A program made the translations under genes and the position numbers. 64,000 bases of DNA from an uncultured Solirubrobacteraceae bacterium. GTDB lineage: Bacteria; Actinomycetota; Thermoleophilia; Solirubrobacterales; Solirubrobacteraceae. Every line of letters starts with the position of its first letter. Position 1 is the first letter of the stretch. Below are positions 1 to 8,019 of the stretch, in pieces. Under the pieces are notes generated by a model. That model worked only from the letters and a program-made list of their open reading frames with translations, searched no databases and had not been told where the DNA came from. The stretch spans positions 128,001-192,000 of the forward strand of contig CAZPQW010000001.1 of the NCBI GenBank assembly GCA_964588985.1, given 5' to 3'.

Positions 1-422
1 AAGACGTGACGCAGCAGGTGTTCGCGAAGCTGATCCACGCGATCGGGAAATACGAGGAGCGTCGCGTGCCGTTCTTCGCGTGGCTCCTGCGGGTGGCGCG
101 CAATCTCGCGATCGACCACCTGCGCGGCCAGCGGATGATCCCCGTGGAGGAGGTCAGGATGAGCGACGAGGGCAGTGGCGACCCGGCCGGCGGCAGGCCG
201 ATGGCCGATCTCCAGGACGCTCTCTCGACGCTGCCCAGCGATCAGCGGGAGGTGCTAGTCCTACGTCACTTCGCCGGCCTTTCGCCGATGGAGATCGCGG
301 CGCGAACAGGCCGATCGGAAGGGTCGATTCACGGCCTTCACCATCGTGGTCGCAGGGCGCTCAGGGTCGAGCTGACAAGTCGCGGCGCGGCCCCGGCGAC
401 GATGTCGCCCAAACGCCCGTAG
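1..422 (+). CDS. ECF-type sigma-70 factor, 5'-truncated by window edge
   Basis: Region 2 (DVTQQVFAKL...FFAWLLRVARNLAIDHLR) and region 4 (LSTLPSDQREVLVLRHFAGLSPMEIA...SIHGLHHRGRRAL); the frame is open to the window start. Confidence 0.9.
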   Translation, partial: DVTQQVFAKLIHAIGKYEERRVPFFAWLLRVARNLAIDHLRGQRMIPVEEVRMSDEGSGDPAGGRPMADLQDALSTLPSDQREVLVLRHFAGLSPMEIAARTGRSEGSIHGLHHRGRRALRVELTSRGAAPATMSPKRP

Positions 423-478
423 CCCGCGGCGACGCCTGTAGAGGGCGGGCGCTCAGGACGCCACGCCGCCCCGGTCGC

Positions 479-742
479 TCACGATCCGGCCGCCTGCTCG
501 AGCTTGGTGGCGATCAGCCCGGAGATCCGCTCGATGGAGCCGAAGTTGCTCGGCACGACGTCGGCGTCGCCGATCGCGATGCCGTACTCCGACTCCAGCC
601 ACGCCACCATCCGCAGCAGCAGCATCGAGTCGATCACATGCTGCTCGATCAGGGGCAGCTCGTCGGTGAGCTCCGCGCGAGGCCCGTCCCAGTTGGCCTC
701 TTCGATCAGGAAGTCTCGGATCCGCTCCGCTTGTTGGGTCAT
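479..742 (-). CDS. Stand-alone acyl/peptidyl carrier protein (PltL/RedO-like)
   Basis: 87 aa acidic protein with IDSM phosphopantetheine site and VVPSNFGSI tail; last gene of the A-domain/dehydrogenase operon. Confidence 0.88.
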   Translation of the reverse strand: MTQQAERIRDFLIEEANWDGPRAELTDELPLIEQHVIDSMLLLRMVAWLESEYGIAIGDADVVPSNFGSIERISGLIATKLEQAAGS

Positions 743-766
743 GCCTGGTTGCCCCTTTGGTTGAAG

Positions 767-2323
767 CTACTGCTGCAAGGCCCGCCGGTCGATCTTTCCG
801 GTCGACGATTTCGGCAGCTCCGGTCGGAGCTCGATCTCGTCGGGGATCATATGGCTCGGCAGCCGCTCGCGGCACAGGCGGGCGATCCGTGCCTCGGTGA
901 TCGGTGTGCCGGTCACGACGAACGCCTTCAGGCGATTTGTGATCGTCTCGTCCGGCACGGCTATCACGGCCGCCTCGACCACGCCCTCGATCGCGCTCAG
1001 CGCCGCTTCGATCTCGCCGAGCTCCACGCGGTATCCGCGCGTCTTGATCTGCGAGTCGCGACGGCCGGCGAACAGCAGCTCGCCGTCGGAGCGCCGGCGC
1101 ACGAGATCGCCGGTGCGGTAGTGGCGAATGCCGTCCTCCGAGTGCAGCGCGCGAGCCGTCCGCTCTGCATCGTTCCAGTAGCCGTGCATCACCGTCGGGC
1201 CTCCGATCACGAGCTCGCCCAGCTCACCGTCGGGCGCGGGGGTCCCATCCTCGAGCTCGATCGCCGCGCTCACGCCGGGCAGCGGCACGCCGATCGGCAG
1301 CTCGGCCGTGGGCGGGTGCTCGCGCGGCACCTCGTGCCACGTGCATACGTTGGTCTCGGTCGGGCCGTAGAAGTTGAGATACCTGGGCATCGGCACCAGC
1401 TCCATCAGGCGCGCGAGGTACTTGATCGGGAACACCTCGCCGGCGAAGATCACCACGCGCAGCGCCGGCAGCGGCGTCTCCTCGAGCTCCCCGCGGAGCA
1501 CCAGCGCGGTGAGCGCGGAGGGCACCGAGTACCAGACCGTGATCGTCTGCTCGGCGATGAAGCGCGTGAGCATCACCGGGAAGATCGACAGGTCGCGCGG
1601 GACGAGCACCACCGCCGCGCCGCCGTGGGCGGCCGCGAACAGGTCGAAGGTGGAGAGGTCGAAGTGAAACGGCGCGTGGCTCGAGAGTCGATCCTCCGGC
1701 GTCACACCCACCTCGCGCGCGGCCCAGTCGACGAACGCGAGGCAGTTCGCGTGCGAGAGCATCACGCCCTTCGGCTCGCCGGTCGAGCCTGAGGTGTAGA
1801 GGATGTAGGCGAGCGCGTCGGGGTCGCTCGCGACGGGTGGGGCCTCGGGTGCGAAGGCCTCGACCGCGCTCCAGGACAGCCACTCCACGCCTCCCTTCGC
1901 GTCGCGGCCCTCGGCATCGCCCCCGCCAGCGCCGGCGCCAACGATCGTCTCGAGCGGCACGCCCTGGGCGAGCAGCTCTCTGCACACGCCAGCCCTCGCG
2001 TCCGAGCTCACGACGCAGCGCATACCCGCGTCGCGCGCGATGTAGGCGAGGCGGTGCACGGGCGCCTGGTCGTCGAGCGGCACGTACACCGCGCCCGCCT
2101 TCAGCACGCCGTAGATCGCGATCACCGCCTCGATCGACTTCTCGAGCGCCAGCCCAACGCGATCTCCGGGCGCGACGCCACGGGCGGCCAGCGCAGCGGC
2201 GAGGCTGCTGGACCGCGCGTCGAGCTCGGCGTAGGACAGCTCGCGCTCCCCATCGACCACCGCGATCCGCGCGCCCCCGCTCCGCGCCGCTGCGGAGAGA
2301 AGATCGTGAACCACGGCGCTCAC
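767..2323 (-). CDS. Stand-alone adenylation enzyme, L-proline--carrier ligase type (PltF/RedM-like)
   Basis: YTSGSTGEPKG, FDLS, YGPTETNVC, YRTGD, PKSSTGK; manual code about DLFYIAFVCK; GTG at 2323 overlaps the upstream TGA, so the ORF-track extension to 3343 is shadow. Confidence 0.88.
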   Translation of the reverse strand: MSAVVHDLLSAAARSGGARIAVVDGERELSYAELDARSSSLAAALAARGVAPGDRVGLALEKSIEAVIAIYGVLKAGAVYVPLDDQAPVHRLAYIARDAGMRCVVSSDARAGVCRELLAQGVPLETIVGAGAGGGDAEGRDAKGGVEWLSWSAVEAFAPEAPPVASDPDALAYILYTSGSTGEPKGVMLSHANCLAFVDWAAREVGVTPEDRLSSHAPFHFDLSTFDLFAAAHGGAAVVLVPRDLSIFPVMLTRFIAEQTITVWYSVPSALTALVLRGELEETPLPALRVVIFAGEVFPIKYLARLMELVPMPRYLNFYGPTETNVCTWHEVPREHPPTAELPIGVPLPGVSAAIELEDGTPAPDGELGELVIGGPTVMHGYWNDAERTARALHSEDGIRHYRTGDLVRRRSDGELLFAGRRDSQIKTRGYRVELGEIEAALSAIEGVVEAAVIAVPDETITNRLKAFVVTGTPITEARIARLCRERLPSHMIPDEIELRPELPKSSTGKIDRRALQQ

Positions 2324-3501
2324 AGCCCGAGGTGGCGCGCGATCACGTTGCGCTGCATCTCCGAGGTTCCCGAGTAGATCCGCGAGCCGAGCGCGTCGCG
2401 CACGTCGCGCTCGAGCCCGGTCTCGGTCATGTAACCCGAGCCGCCGTGTACCTGCAGCGCGTCGAGGCTCGACTGTACGAGCGCCTCGCTCAGGTGCAGC
2501 TTCGTCATCGCCGCGTCCAGGTCGGTTGCGGCGCCGGCGTCGAGCAGGGCCGCGATCCGATACAGCATCAGGTGAGAGGTCTGCAGGCGCAGGCGCATGT
2601 CCGCAAGCGGGTGCGAGACCGCCTGGAAGGAGCCGATCGGCGCGCGGAACTGGACGCGCTCGCGCGCATACGCGACGCAACGCTCGAGCTGGCGGCGCAT
2701 CGTGCCGACCGCGGCCGCGAGGATCAGGCTGCGCTCCCAGCGCATGGAGCTGTTGAAGATCGCCATCCCGCCGCCCGGCTCCCCAAGCAGCGCGTCGGCG
2801 CCCACGTGGCAGTCGGCGAGGAACAGCTCGCCAAGATGCGACGTTCGCAGCCCCATCTTCGAGAACGGCGAGCCGATCTCCAGCCCCGGCGCTCCACGCT
2901 CCACCACGAACGCGCACAGGCCCGCGAACCCGAGACGCACGTCGGTGGTCGCGAACACTATGAACAGATCGCTGTCGGGGGCGTTGGTGACGAACGTCTT
3001 CGAGCCGTTGAGCAGCCAGCCGTCGTCTGTGGGCGCAGCGGTCGTGCGCAGAGCAAACGCGTCCGAGCCCGATTCCGGCTCGGTCATGCCGTGCGCGGCG
3101 AGCAGCGAGCCGTCGCACAGCCCAGGCAGCCAGCGGCGCTTCTGCTCCTCGGTGCCGAAGTGCACGATCGGCATCTCGCACGCCCACATGTGCGCGTTCA
3201 ACGAGAAGATCAGCCCGTTGTCTGGGCAGCCGTAGCCGAGACCTTCGAGCGCCGCCGCGATCGTCGTCGCCGACGCGCCGAGGCCGCCGTACGCGGGGGG
3301 GACCGGCAGGCCCTGCAGGCCGAGCTGGGCGCACTTGAGCCACTCCTCCTTGGAGAACGTCCCCTCGTGGTCGCGGCGGTCGAGATCGTGGCCGAGCTGG
3401 CTCTGGGCGAAGGCGACGATCGACCGTTGCAGGGAGCGCTGCTCCTCGTCCAGAGGGTCGGGGTGAAGCGCGATCGCGCTCTGCGCTGTGGGGTTGCTCA
3501 T
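2320..3501 (-). CDS. Acyl-CoA dehydrogenase family, probable prolyl-carrier dehydrogenase (PltE/RedW-like)
   Basis: MTEPESGSDAF, LNGSKTFVTNAP, KMGLRTS, RVQFRAPIGSFQAV, QVHGGSGY, IYSGTSEMQR; ATG 3501 in ATGA overlap. Confidence 0.9.
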   Translation of the reverse strand: MSNPTAQSAIALHPDPLDEEQRSLQRSIVAFAQSQLGHDLDRRDHEGTFSKEEWLKCAQLGLQGLPVPPAYGGLGASATTIAAALEGLGYGCPDNGLIFSLNAHMWACEMPIVHFGTEEQKRRWLPGLCDGSLLAAHGMTEPESGSDAFALRTTAAPTDDGWLLNGSKTFVTNAPDSDLFIVFATTDVRLGFAGLCAFVVERGAPGLEIGSPFSKMGLRTSHLGELFLADCHVGADALLGEPGGGMAIFNSSMRWERSLILAAAVGTMRRQLERCVAYARERVQFRAPIGSFQAVSHPLADMRLRLQTSHLMLYRIAALLDAGAATDLDAAMTKLHLSEALVQSSLDALQVHGGSGYMTETGLERDVRDALGSRIYSGTSEMQRNVIARHLGL

Positions 3502-4400
3502 CGTGGGGCGGGGGCGGCGCTCGCCGGACGGGCCGGCATCAGGTAACGGGCGTAGGTCGTAAACGGACGGTAGCCGAGCCCCAGCCACACCGGAGCGCCG
3601 AGCCCCGAGGTCTGACACAGTGACAGTCGCGCGCCGAGCTCGCGGTAGCTGAGCTCGAGCGCCGCCCACAGGCAGCTCTGCGCGAGTCCGCGGCGCTCAC
3701 CCGGAGGGCCGGAGCGCGGAAGTCGCTGCCCCGGCTTCGGCCGGCGGATCGTCGCGGCCTGGCAGCCGAGGGCAACCTCGTGTGTGACGAGCGTCATCGC
3801 GGCTGACAGCGGCATGTCGTCGTAGTAGGCGACGAACGCCGCCACGTTCGGAACGTCGAGACTGTCCGGATCGAAGAACACCTTCGCCGCGACCTCACGC
3901 GGCATCGACGCCATCCCCCAAGCGTCGGCGACGAGGTCGAGGTAGTCCTCGCGCGTGCGCGCGTCCGCGGCGCGCCTGATCTCGACGCCGTCCGGCGGCG
4001 GCACGTACTCGGGCAGCTGCTCGAGCACCAGCTCCGGGAGGCGCTCCAGCTCGTGCAGCCCCTGTTGTGTCGCGGTGCGCTCCAGGTCGCCGTCGCCGTG
4101 CTCGCGCGCCCACAGCGCGTAGCCGCTCTTGCGCGGCCCGAAGAAGCTGTCGGCCAGGCGCAGGACCTCCTGCGGGCTCAGGGCCTCGCTGAGGCGCAGC
4201 GCGCCGTTGCGGTAGGGGTTCGGCTGCCGGTGGGCGCCGGCGAACAGGAGAAGCCCGTCCTCCTCGGCGAGCGCGCCTCCGTAGCGCGCGAGATACCGAA
4301 GGTACTCGGCCAGCGTCAAGTCGGCCAGGACGAGCAGATCTTTGCGCGCGCTCAGCTCGTCCGTGGCTGGCGTGTGCACTGCAGTTGCCCGCGTGTCCAC
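3498..4400 (-). CDS. GNAT-fold acyltransferase-like protein
   Basis: C-terminal half has GNAT motif A/B pattern (AAT...ERRGLAQSCL...LGARLSLCQTSGLGAPVWLGLGYRPF); translationally coupled to the dehydrogenase. Confidence 0.65.
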   Translation of the reverse strand: MDTRATAVHTPATDELSARKDLLVLADLTLAEYLRYLARYGGALAEEDGLLLFAGAHRQPNPYRNGALRLSEALSPQEVLRLADSFFGPRKSGYALWAREHGDGDLERTATQQGLHELERLPELVLEQLPEYVPPPDGVEIRRAADARTREDYLDLVADAWGMASMPREVAAKVFFDPDSLDVPNVAAFVAYYDDMPLSAAMTLVTHEVALGCQAATIRRPKPGQRLPRSGPPGERRGLAQSCLWAALELSYRELGARLSLCQTSGLGAPVWLGLGYRPFTTYARYLMPARPASAAPAPR

Positions 4401-4431
4401 CGTCGCGTGATCGTAGTGGATACGTGGATGC

Positions 4432-4467
4432 GACGAATGTCCATTGGAGACGATTGTCCATTACGAT
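4432..4467 (+). promoter_or_regulatory. 14-bp direct repeat plus -10 box in the GNAT/wzm divergent region
   Basis: GACGAATGTCCATT (4432-4445) and GACGATTGTCCATT (4449-4462), followed by TACGAT (4462-4467). Confidence 0.5.
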
Positions 4468-4554
4468 ATGTGTGTGCTAGAGGGAACTAGCTCCGACTTG
4501 TCGGTCGAGGGGGGGCCGCCGAGTGACACTTCACGTTCGCGTGAGGGGGCGGCT

Positions 4555-5397
4555 GTGCGGCCGCGCGAGCCCCGTCCCGAGATCTGGTTCCACCGCAAGG
4601 TCAACTTCATCTCCGCGGTAAAGGAGCTGTGGCGCTTTCGCGAGCTGACGGTCACGCTTGCCGAGCGCGATCTGCGCGTCCGCTACAAGCAGGCGGTGCT
4701 CGGTGTGGCATGGGCGGTTGTGGCGCCGGTGGTGATGATGATCGCCTTCAGCGTGCTCATCAATCGCGTCACGAAGATCAACACCGGGGGCGCGCCGTAC
4801 CCGCTGTTCTCATATCTGGGGCTGCTGCCGTGGACGTTCTTCTCCAGCTCCCTGTCCACCGGCGGCCTCAGCCTGGTCTCCAACAACGAACTCCTCAACA
4901 AGCTCTACTGCCCGCGCGAGGTCTTCCCGATCGCCGCCATCGCCGACGCCGCCGTCGACGCGGTGATCGCCACGTGCGTGCTGGCGGTCCTTTTCCCGAT
5001 CGAGGGATTTGCCCCAAGGGCCGAGATCTTCTACGTGCCGCTGCTCCTGGTCGTGATGCTGATGTTCACCCTCGGCGTGACGCTTGCCGTGTCCGCAATC
5101 GTCGTATACGCCCGTGACCTGCGCCTGGTGCTGCCGCTCGCGATCCAGGTGGGGTTGTTCGTCACGCCGGTCGTCTACAGCACGGGATCGATCACCAGCT
5201 CAAAACCGCTCCTGCTCTTGTTCTCGGCGATCAACCCGCTGGTGCCGGTGATCGACGGCATGCGCGCCACGATCCTCACCGGCAATGCGCCGGAATGGGC
5301 TTCGCTGGGCGTCGGCGCGGGCAGCGCGCTGATCTTCCTGCTCGGCGGGTTCCTGCTGTTCAAGCGCCTCGAGACGGGGATGGCCGACATTGCGTGA
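4555..5397 (+). CDS. wzm: ABC-2 polysaccharide export permease (Wzm/RfbA type)
   Basis: ELWRFREL...RDLRVRYKQAVLGVAW, LLPWTFFS, KLYCPRE, FVTPVVY, NPLVPVIDGMR; GTG 4555 follows GAGGGGG; earlier starts (4444, 4468) are possible. Confidence 0.92.
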   Translation: MRPREPRPEIWFHRKVNFISAVKELWRFRELTVTLAERDLRVRYKQAVLGVAWAVVAPVVMMIAFSVLINRVTKINTGGAPYPLFSYLGLLPWTFFSSSLSTGGLSLVSNNELLNKLYCPREVFPIAAIADAAVDAVIATCVLAVLFPIEGFAPRAEIFYVPLLLVVMLMFTLGVTLAVSAIVVYARDLRLVLPLAIQVGLFVTPVVYSTGSITSSKPLLLLFSAINPLVPVIDGMRATILTGNAPEWASLGVGAGSALIFLLGGFLLFKRLETGMADIA

Positions 5398-6583
5398 GGG
5401 AACGATCGTCGCGGAGGAGATCTGGAAGCGCTTTCGCATGGACGAGCGCCCGACCTACCTGCAGGATCGGCTCTCCGGCGTCGGCGATCGCCTGCGCGGG
5501 CGGCAGGCCGACAGCTGGCGCTGGGCGCTGAACGACGTCAACCTGCGTGCCGAGCCCGGCGAATCGTGGGCGCTGGTCGGCGCCAACGGAGCCGGCAAGT
5601 CGACGCTCTTGAAGATCGTCTCGCGTGTCATGTACCAGACGGCCGGCCGTCTCGACATGGCCGGACGGGTCGGCGCGCTGATCGAAGTCAGAGCCGGGCT
5701 CACTCCGCTGCTGACCGGTCGCGAGAACATCTACCTGACCGGCTCGATCATGGGCCTGCGCCGGCGCGAGGTCGCCCAGCGCTTCGACGAGATCGTCGCG
5801 TTCGCCGAACTGGAGCGCGCGGTCGACCGTCAGGTCAAGTACTACTCGTCCGGCATGCAGATGCGGCTCGGCTTCTCGGTGGCCGCCCACCTGCAGCCCG
5901 ACATCCTGCTCGTCGACGAGGTCCTGGCGGTCGGGGACGCGAGCTTCCAGCAGCGCTGCCTGGACCAGATTCGCGCGGTGCTGAACGAAGGCACCACGCT
6001 GCTGTTCGTCTCACACGACCTGGCCGCGGTGGAGGCCACCTGCGCCAACGGGATCTGGCTGCACAACGGCGAGGTGCGCACCAGGGGGCCGATCCGCGAG
6101 GTTCTGTCCGCCTATCGCGGCGCCGTCGAGGGCGACGCCAAGGCCCGCGCCGACATCGAGGGGCTGATCAAAGTCACGAACGTCGAGGCGGTCTCCCCCG
6201 ACGGAGGGCTGGCCAAGACCGGCGGGCAGCTCGACGTCAAGCTCACCATTCACAGCGACGCGAGCCATCGAGCCTGGATCTACCTCGGGGTGACCGAGGG
6301 CGCCGCCACGCCGATCTTCCTCCTGAACCCGGGACGCGAGGTGCTGCTCGAGCCGGGCGAGACCCAGGTGATGTGCACGATCCCGTCGCTGCCGCTGCCG
6401 AGCGGACGCTTCTACGTGTGGGGTGGGATCTACAAAAACTGGACCCAGGGCGACGAGCTGATCGGCTGGCAGCCGCTGACGGAGTTCGACGTCTATGGAC
6501 CCGAGATGGATGCGGCCCCGCGCGCGGTTGTGCGCCTGTCGCCGATCCACGTCGACTCGAGCTGGGAGATCGAGGGGGCCTGA
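5390..6583 (+). CDS. wzt: Polysaccharide ABC ATPase (Wzt) with C-terminal Wzt_C-like domain
   Basis: GANGAGKST, LTGRENI, YSSGMQMRLGFS, LLVDEVLAVGDASFQ, VSHD; about 150 aa beta-rich C-terminal extension. Confidence 0.93.
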   Translation: MREGTIVAEEIWKRFRMDERPTYLQDRLSGVGDRLRGRQADSWRWALNDVNLRAEPGESWALVGANGAGKSTLLKIVSRVMYQTAGRLDMAGRVGALIEVRAGLTPLLTGRENIYLTGSIMGLRRREVAQRFDEIVAFAELERAVDRQVKYYSSGMQMRLGFSVAAHLQPDILLVDEVLAVGDASFQQRCLDQIRAVLNEGTTLLFVSHDLAAVEATCANGIWLHNGEVRTRGPIREVLSAYRGAVEGDAKARADIEGLIKVTNVEAVSPDGGLAKTGGQLDVKLTIHSDASHRAWIYLGVTEGAATPIFLLNPGREVLLEPGETQVMCTIPSLPLPSGRFYVWGGIYKNWTQGDELIGWQPLTEFDVYGPEMDAAPRAVVRLSPIHVDSSWEIEGA

Positions 6584-6611
6584 ACCGGCCTCTGGGCCGC
6601 CGAGGCCGGTT
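6583..6611. terminator. Hairpin between convergent wzt and kamA
   Basis: AACCGGCCTC-N9-GAGGCCGGTT, perfect 10-bp stem. Confidence 0.6.
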
Positions 6612-8019
6612 AGGTGACGATCGCCGGAGCTTGCGCCGGGTGCGCGCCGTCGGGCGTCTCACCCGAGCTCGCGATCTCGGCTTCCCACCACGCCTGCCCG
6701 GCCGCGGGGAGCTCGTGGATCGGGTCGTAGTACTCGAATCGCCGCATCAGCGCTTCCGGATCCTCCGCGTCGACCGATGTGAGGTAGTTCTTGGTCCAGT
6801 AGGAGATCCCGCGCTCGCGGTCGTAGTCCACGATCTGGTCGACCCAGCGCTTGCCCACGTAGGGCACGTCGCACACGAGCCGCGGCGTGGCGAAGCCCGG
6901 CAGGTAGCCCATGATCGCGCGCTGGAGTTCCTGCGCCTCGGCGACCGACAGGCGCCAGTGCTCGGATGCGGGGATCATGTCGCAGAGGTAGAAGTAGTAC
7001 GGGAGCACCCCGGCGCCGTCGAGCACCGCGAAGCACAGGTCCAGCAGCGCGTCCGGTGTCGAGTTCACTCCCCGCAGCAGCACGCCCTGGTTGCGGATGT
7101 GACGGACTCCGGCTTCGGTCATCGCCTTGGCGGCATCGGTGAACGTCTCCGTGACCTGCGACGCGACGTTGATGTGAGTGTGAATCGCGAGGCTGATGCC
7201 GCGGTCGAACGCCTTCGTGGCCACGCGCTCCACGCCGCTGCGCATCTCATCGGTGAGCCAGTGTTGCGGGAGTGACATCAGGCCCTTGCTCGCGAGCCTG
7301 ATGTCGCGGATGTTCTCGATCTCCATCAGGCCGTCGAGGAACGCCTCCAGACGTGGCCACGGCAGGTTGGTGAGGTCGCCGCCCGATACGACCACGTCGC
7401 GGACGGTGGGCGTCTTGCGCAGGTACTCGAGCATCTGCTCGCGCCGGTCGGGGGCCTTGGTCGTGAAGTGCTGTTTGGTGACCTGCGGCGTGGAGGGCCC
7501 GACGAGGTCCATGCGCGTGCAGTGCCCGCAGTACAGCGGGCAGGTGGTGACCATCTCCGCGAGCACCTTCGTGGGATAGCGGTGTATCAACCCCTCGACC
7601 GCCCACATCTCGGCCTCGTGCAGCGAATCGCGCGACGCGCGGGGGTGGGTCGGCCAGCGCGGATGCCGATCGGACGCGGCGGGCAGCACGTAGCGGCGAA
7701 CCGGGTCCGCGTAGAGCCCTTCGGTGGAGGGGACCTCTTCGGGCACCATCGTGTTCAGCACCTGGGGCGTGATCAGGATCGACATCGTCGCGTGGGTGGC
7801 CTGGTCGCGCTTGACGTCCTCGTAGAAGGAGTCCTCTACGAGGTCGCCGAGCACGGTGCGCAGGGCGCGAAGCGTTTTGATCGAGTTCGTCCGCTGCCAG
7901 CGCACGTCGCGCCACTGCGCCCTGGTGACGTCGCGCCAGCCTGGGAAGCGCCGCCACTCCGGCTCGACCGGCTCGAAGCGACGGTAGTGATACGGCTGGC
8001 GAGCGGGTGTGTCGCTCAT
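6610..8019 (-). CDS. kamA: KamA-family radical SAM/PLP 2,3-aminomutase (lysine 2,3-aminomutase-like)
   Basis: HRYPTKVL, CPLYCGHCTR, VVVSGGD, HTHIN, NQGVLLRGVN, PYYFYLCD, VGKR PLP-lysine region; ATG 8019 overlaps the NRPS stop. Confidence 0.9.
   Translation of the reverse strand: MSDTPARQPYHYRRFEPVEPEWRRFPGWRDVTRAQWRDVRWQRTNSIKTLRALRTVLGDLVEDSFYEDVKRDQATHATMSILITPQVLNTMVPEEVPSTEGLYADPVRRYVLPAASDRHPRWPTHPRASRDSLHEAEMWAVEGLIHRYPTKVLAEMVTTCPLYCGHCTRMDLVGPSTPQVTKQHFTTKAPDRREQMLEYLRKTPTVRDVVVSGGDLTNLPWPRLEAFLDGLMEIENIRDIRLASKGLMSLPQHWLTDEMRSGVERVATKAFDRGISLAIHTHINVASQVTETFTDAAKAMTEAGVRHIRNQGVLLRGVNSTPDALLDLCFAVLDGAGVLPYYFYLCDMIPASEHWRLSVAEAQELQRAIMGYLPGFATPRLVCDVPYVGKRWVDQIVDYDRERGISYWTKNYLTSVDAEDPEALMRRFEYYDPIHELPAAGQAWWEAEIASSGETPDGAHPAQAPAIVT

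Noticed and set aside
422-450. Terminator between the sigma and carrier genes
   Set aside because: Only a 6-bp GC stem with a long loop, too weak to call in high-GC DNA
767-2323. DltA/DltC D-alanylation system
   Set aside because: The pocket is Pro-like, a dehydrogenase is coupled, and no DltB/DltD or MBOAT gene is in the window
80-3546. Plus-strand ORFs of 570 and 569 aa, and the 858-aa extension of the A-domain gene
   Set aside because: They overlap well-supported minus-strand genes, and the translations are low complexity
6610-8019. EF-P lysylation EpmB or lysine-fermentation KamA
   Set aside because: No efp, epmA or fermentation genes nearby; the gene is coupled to an NRPS
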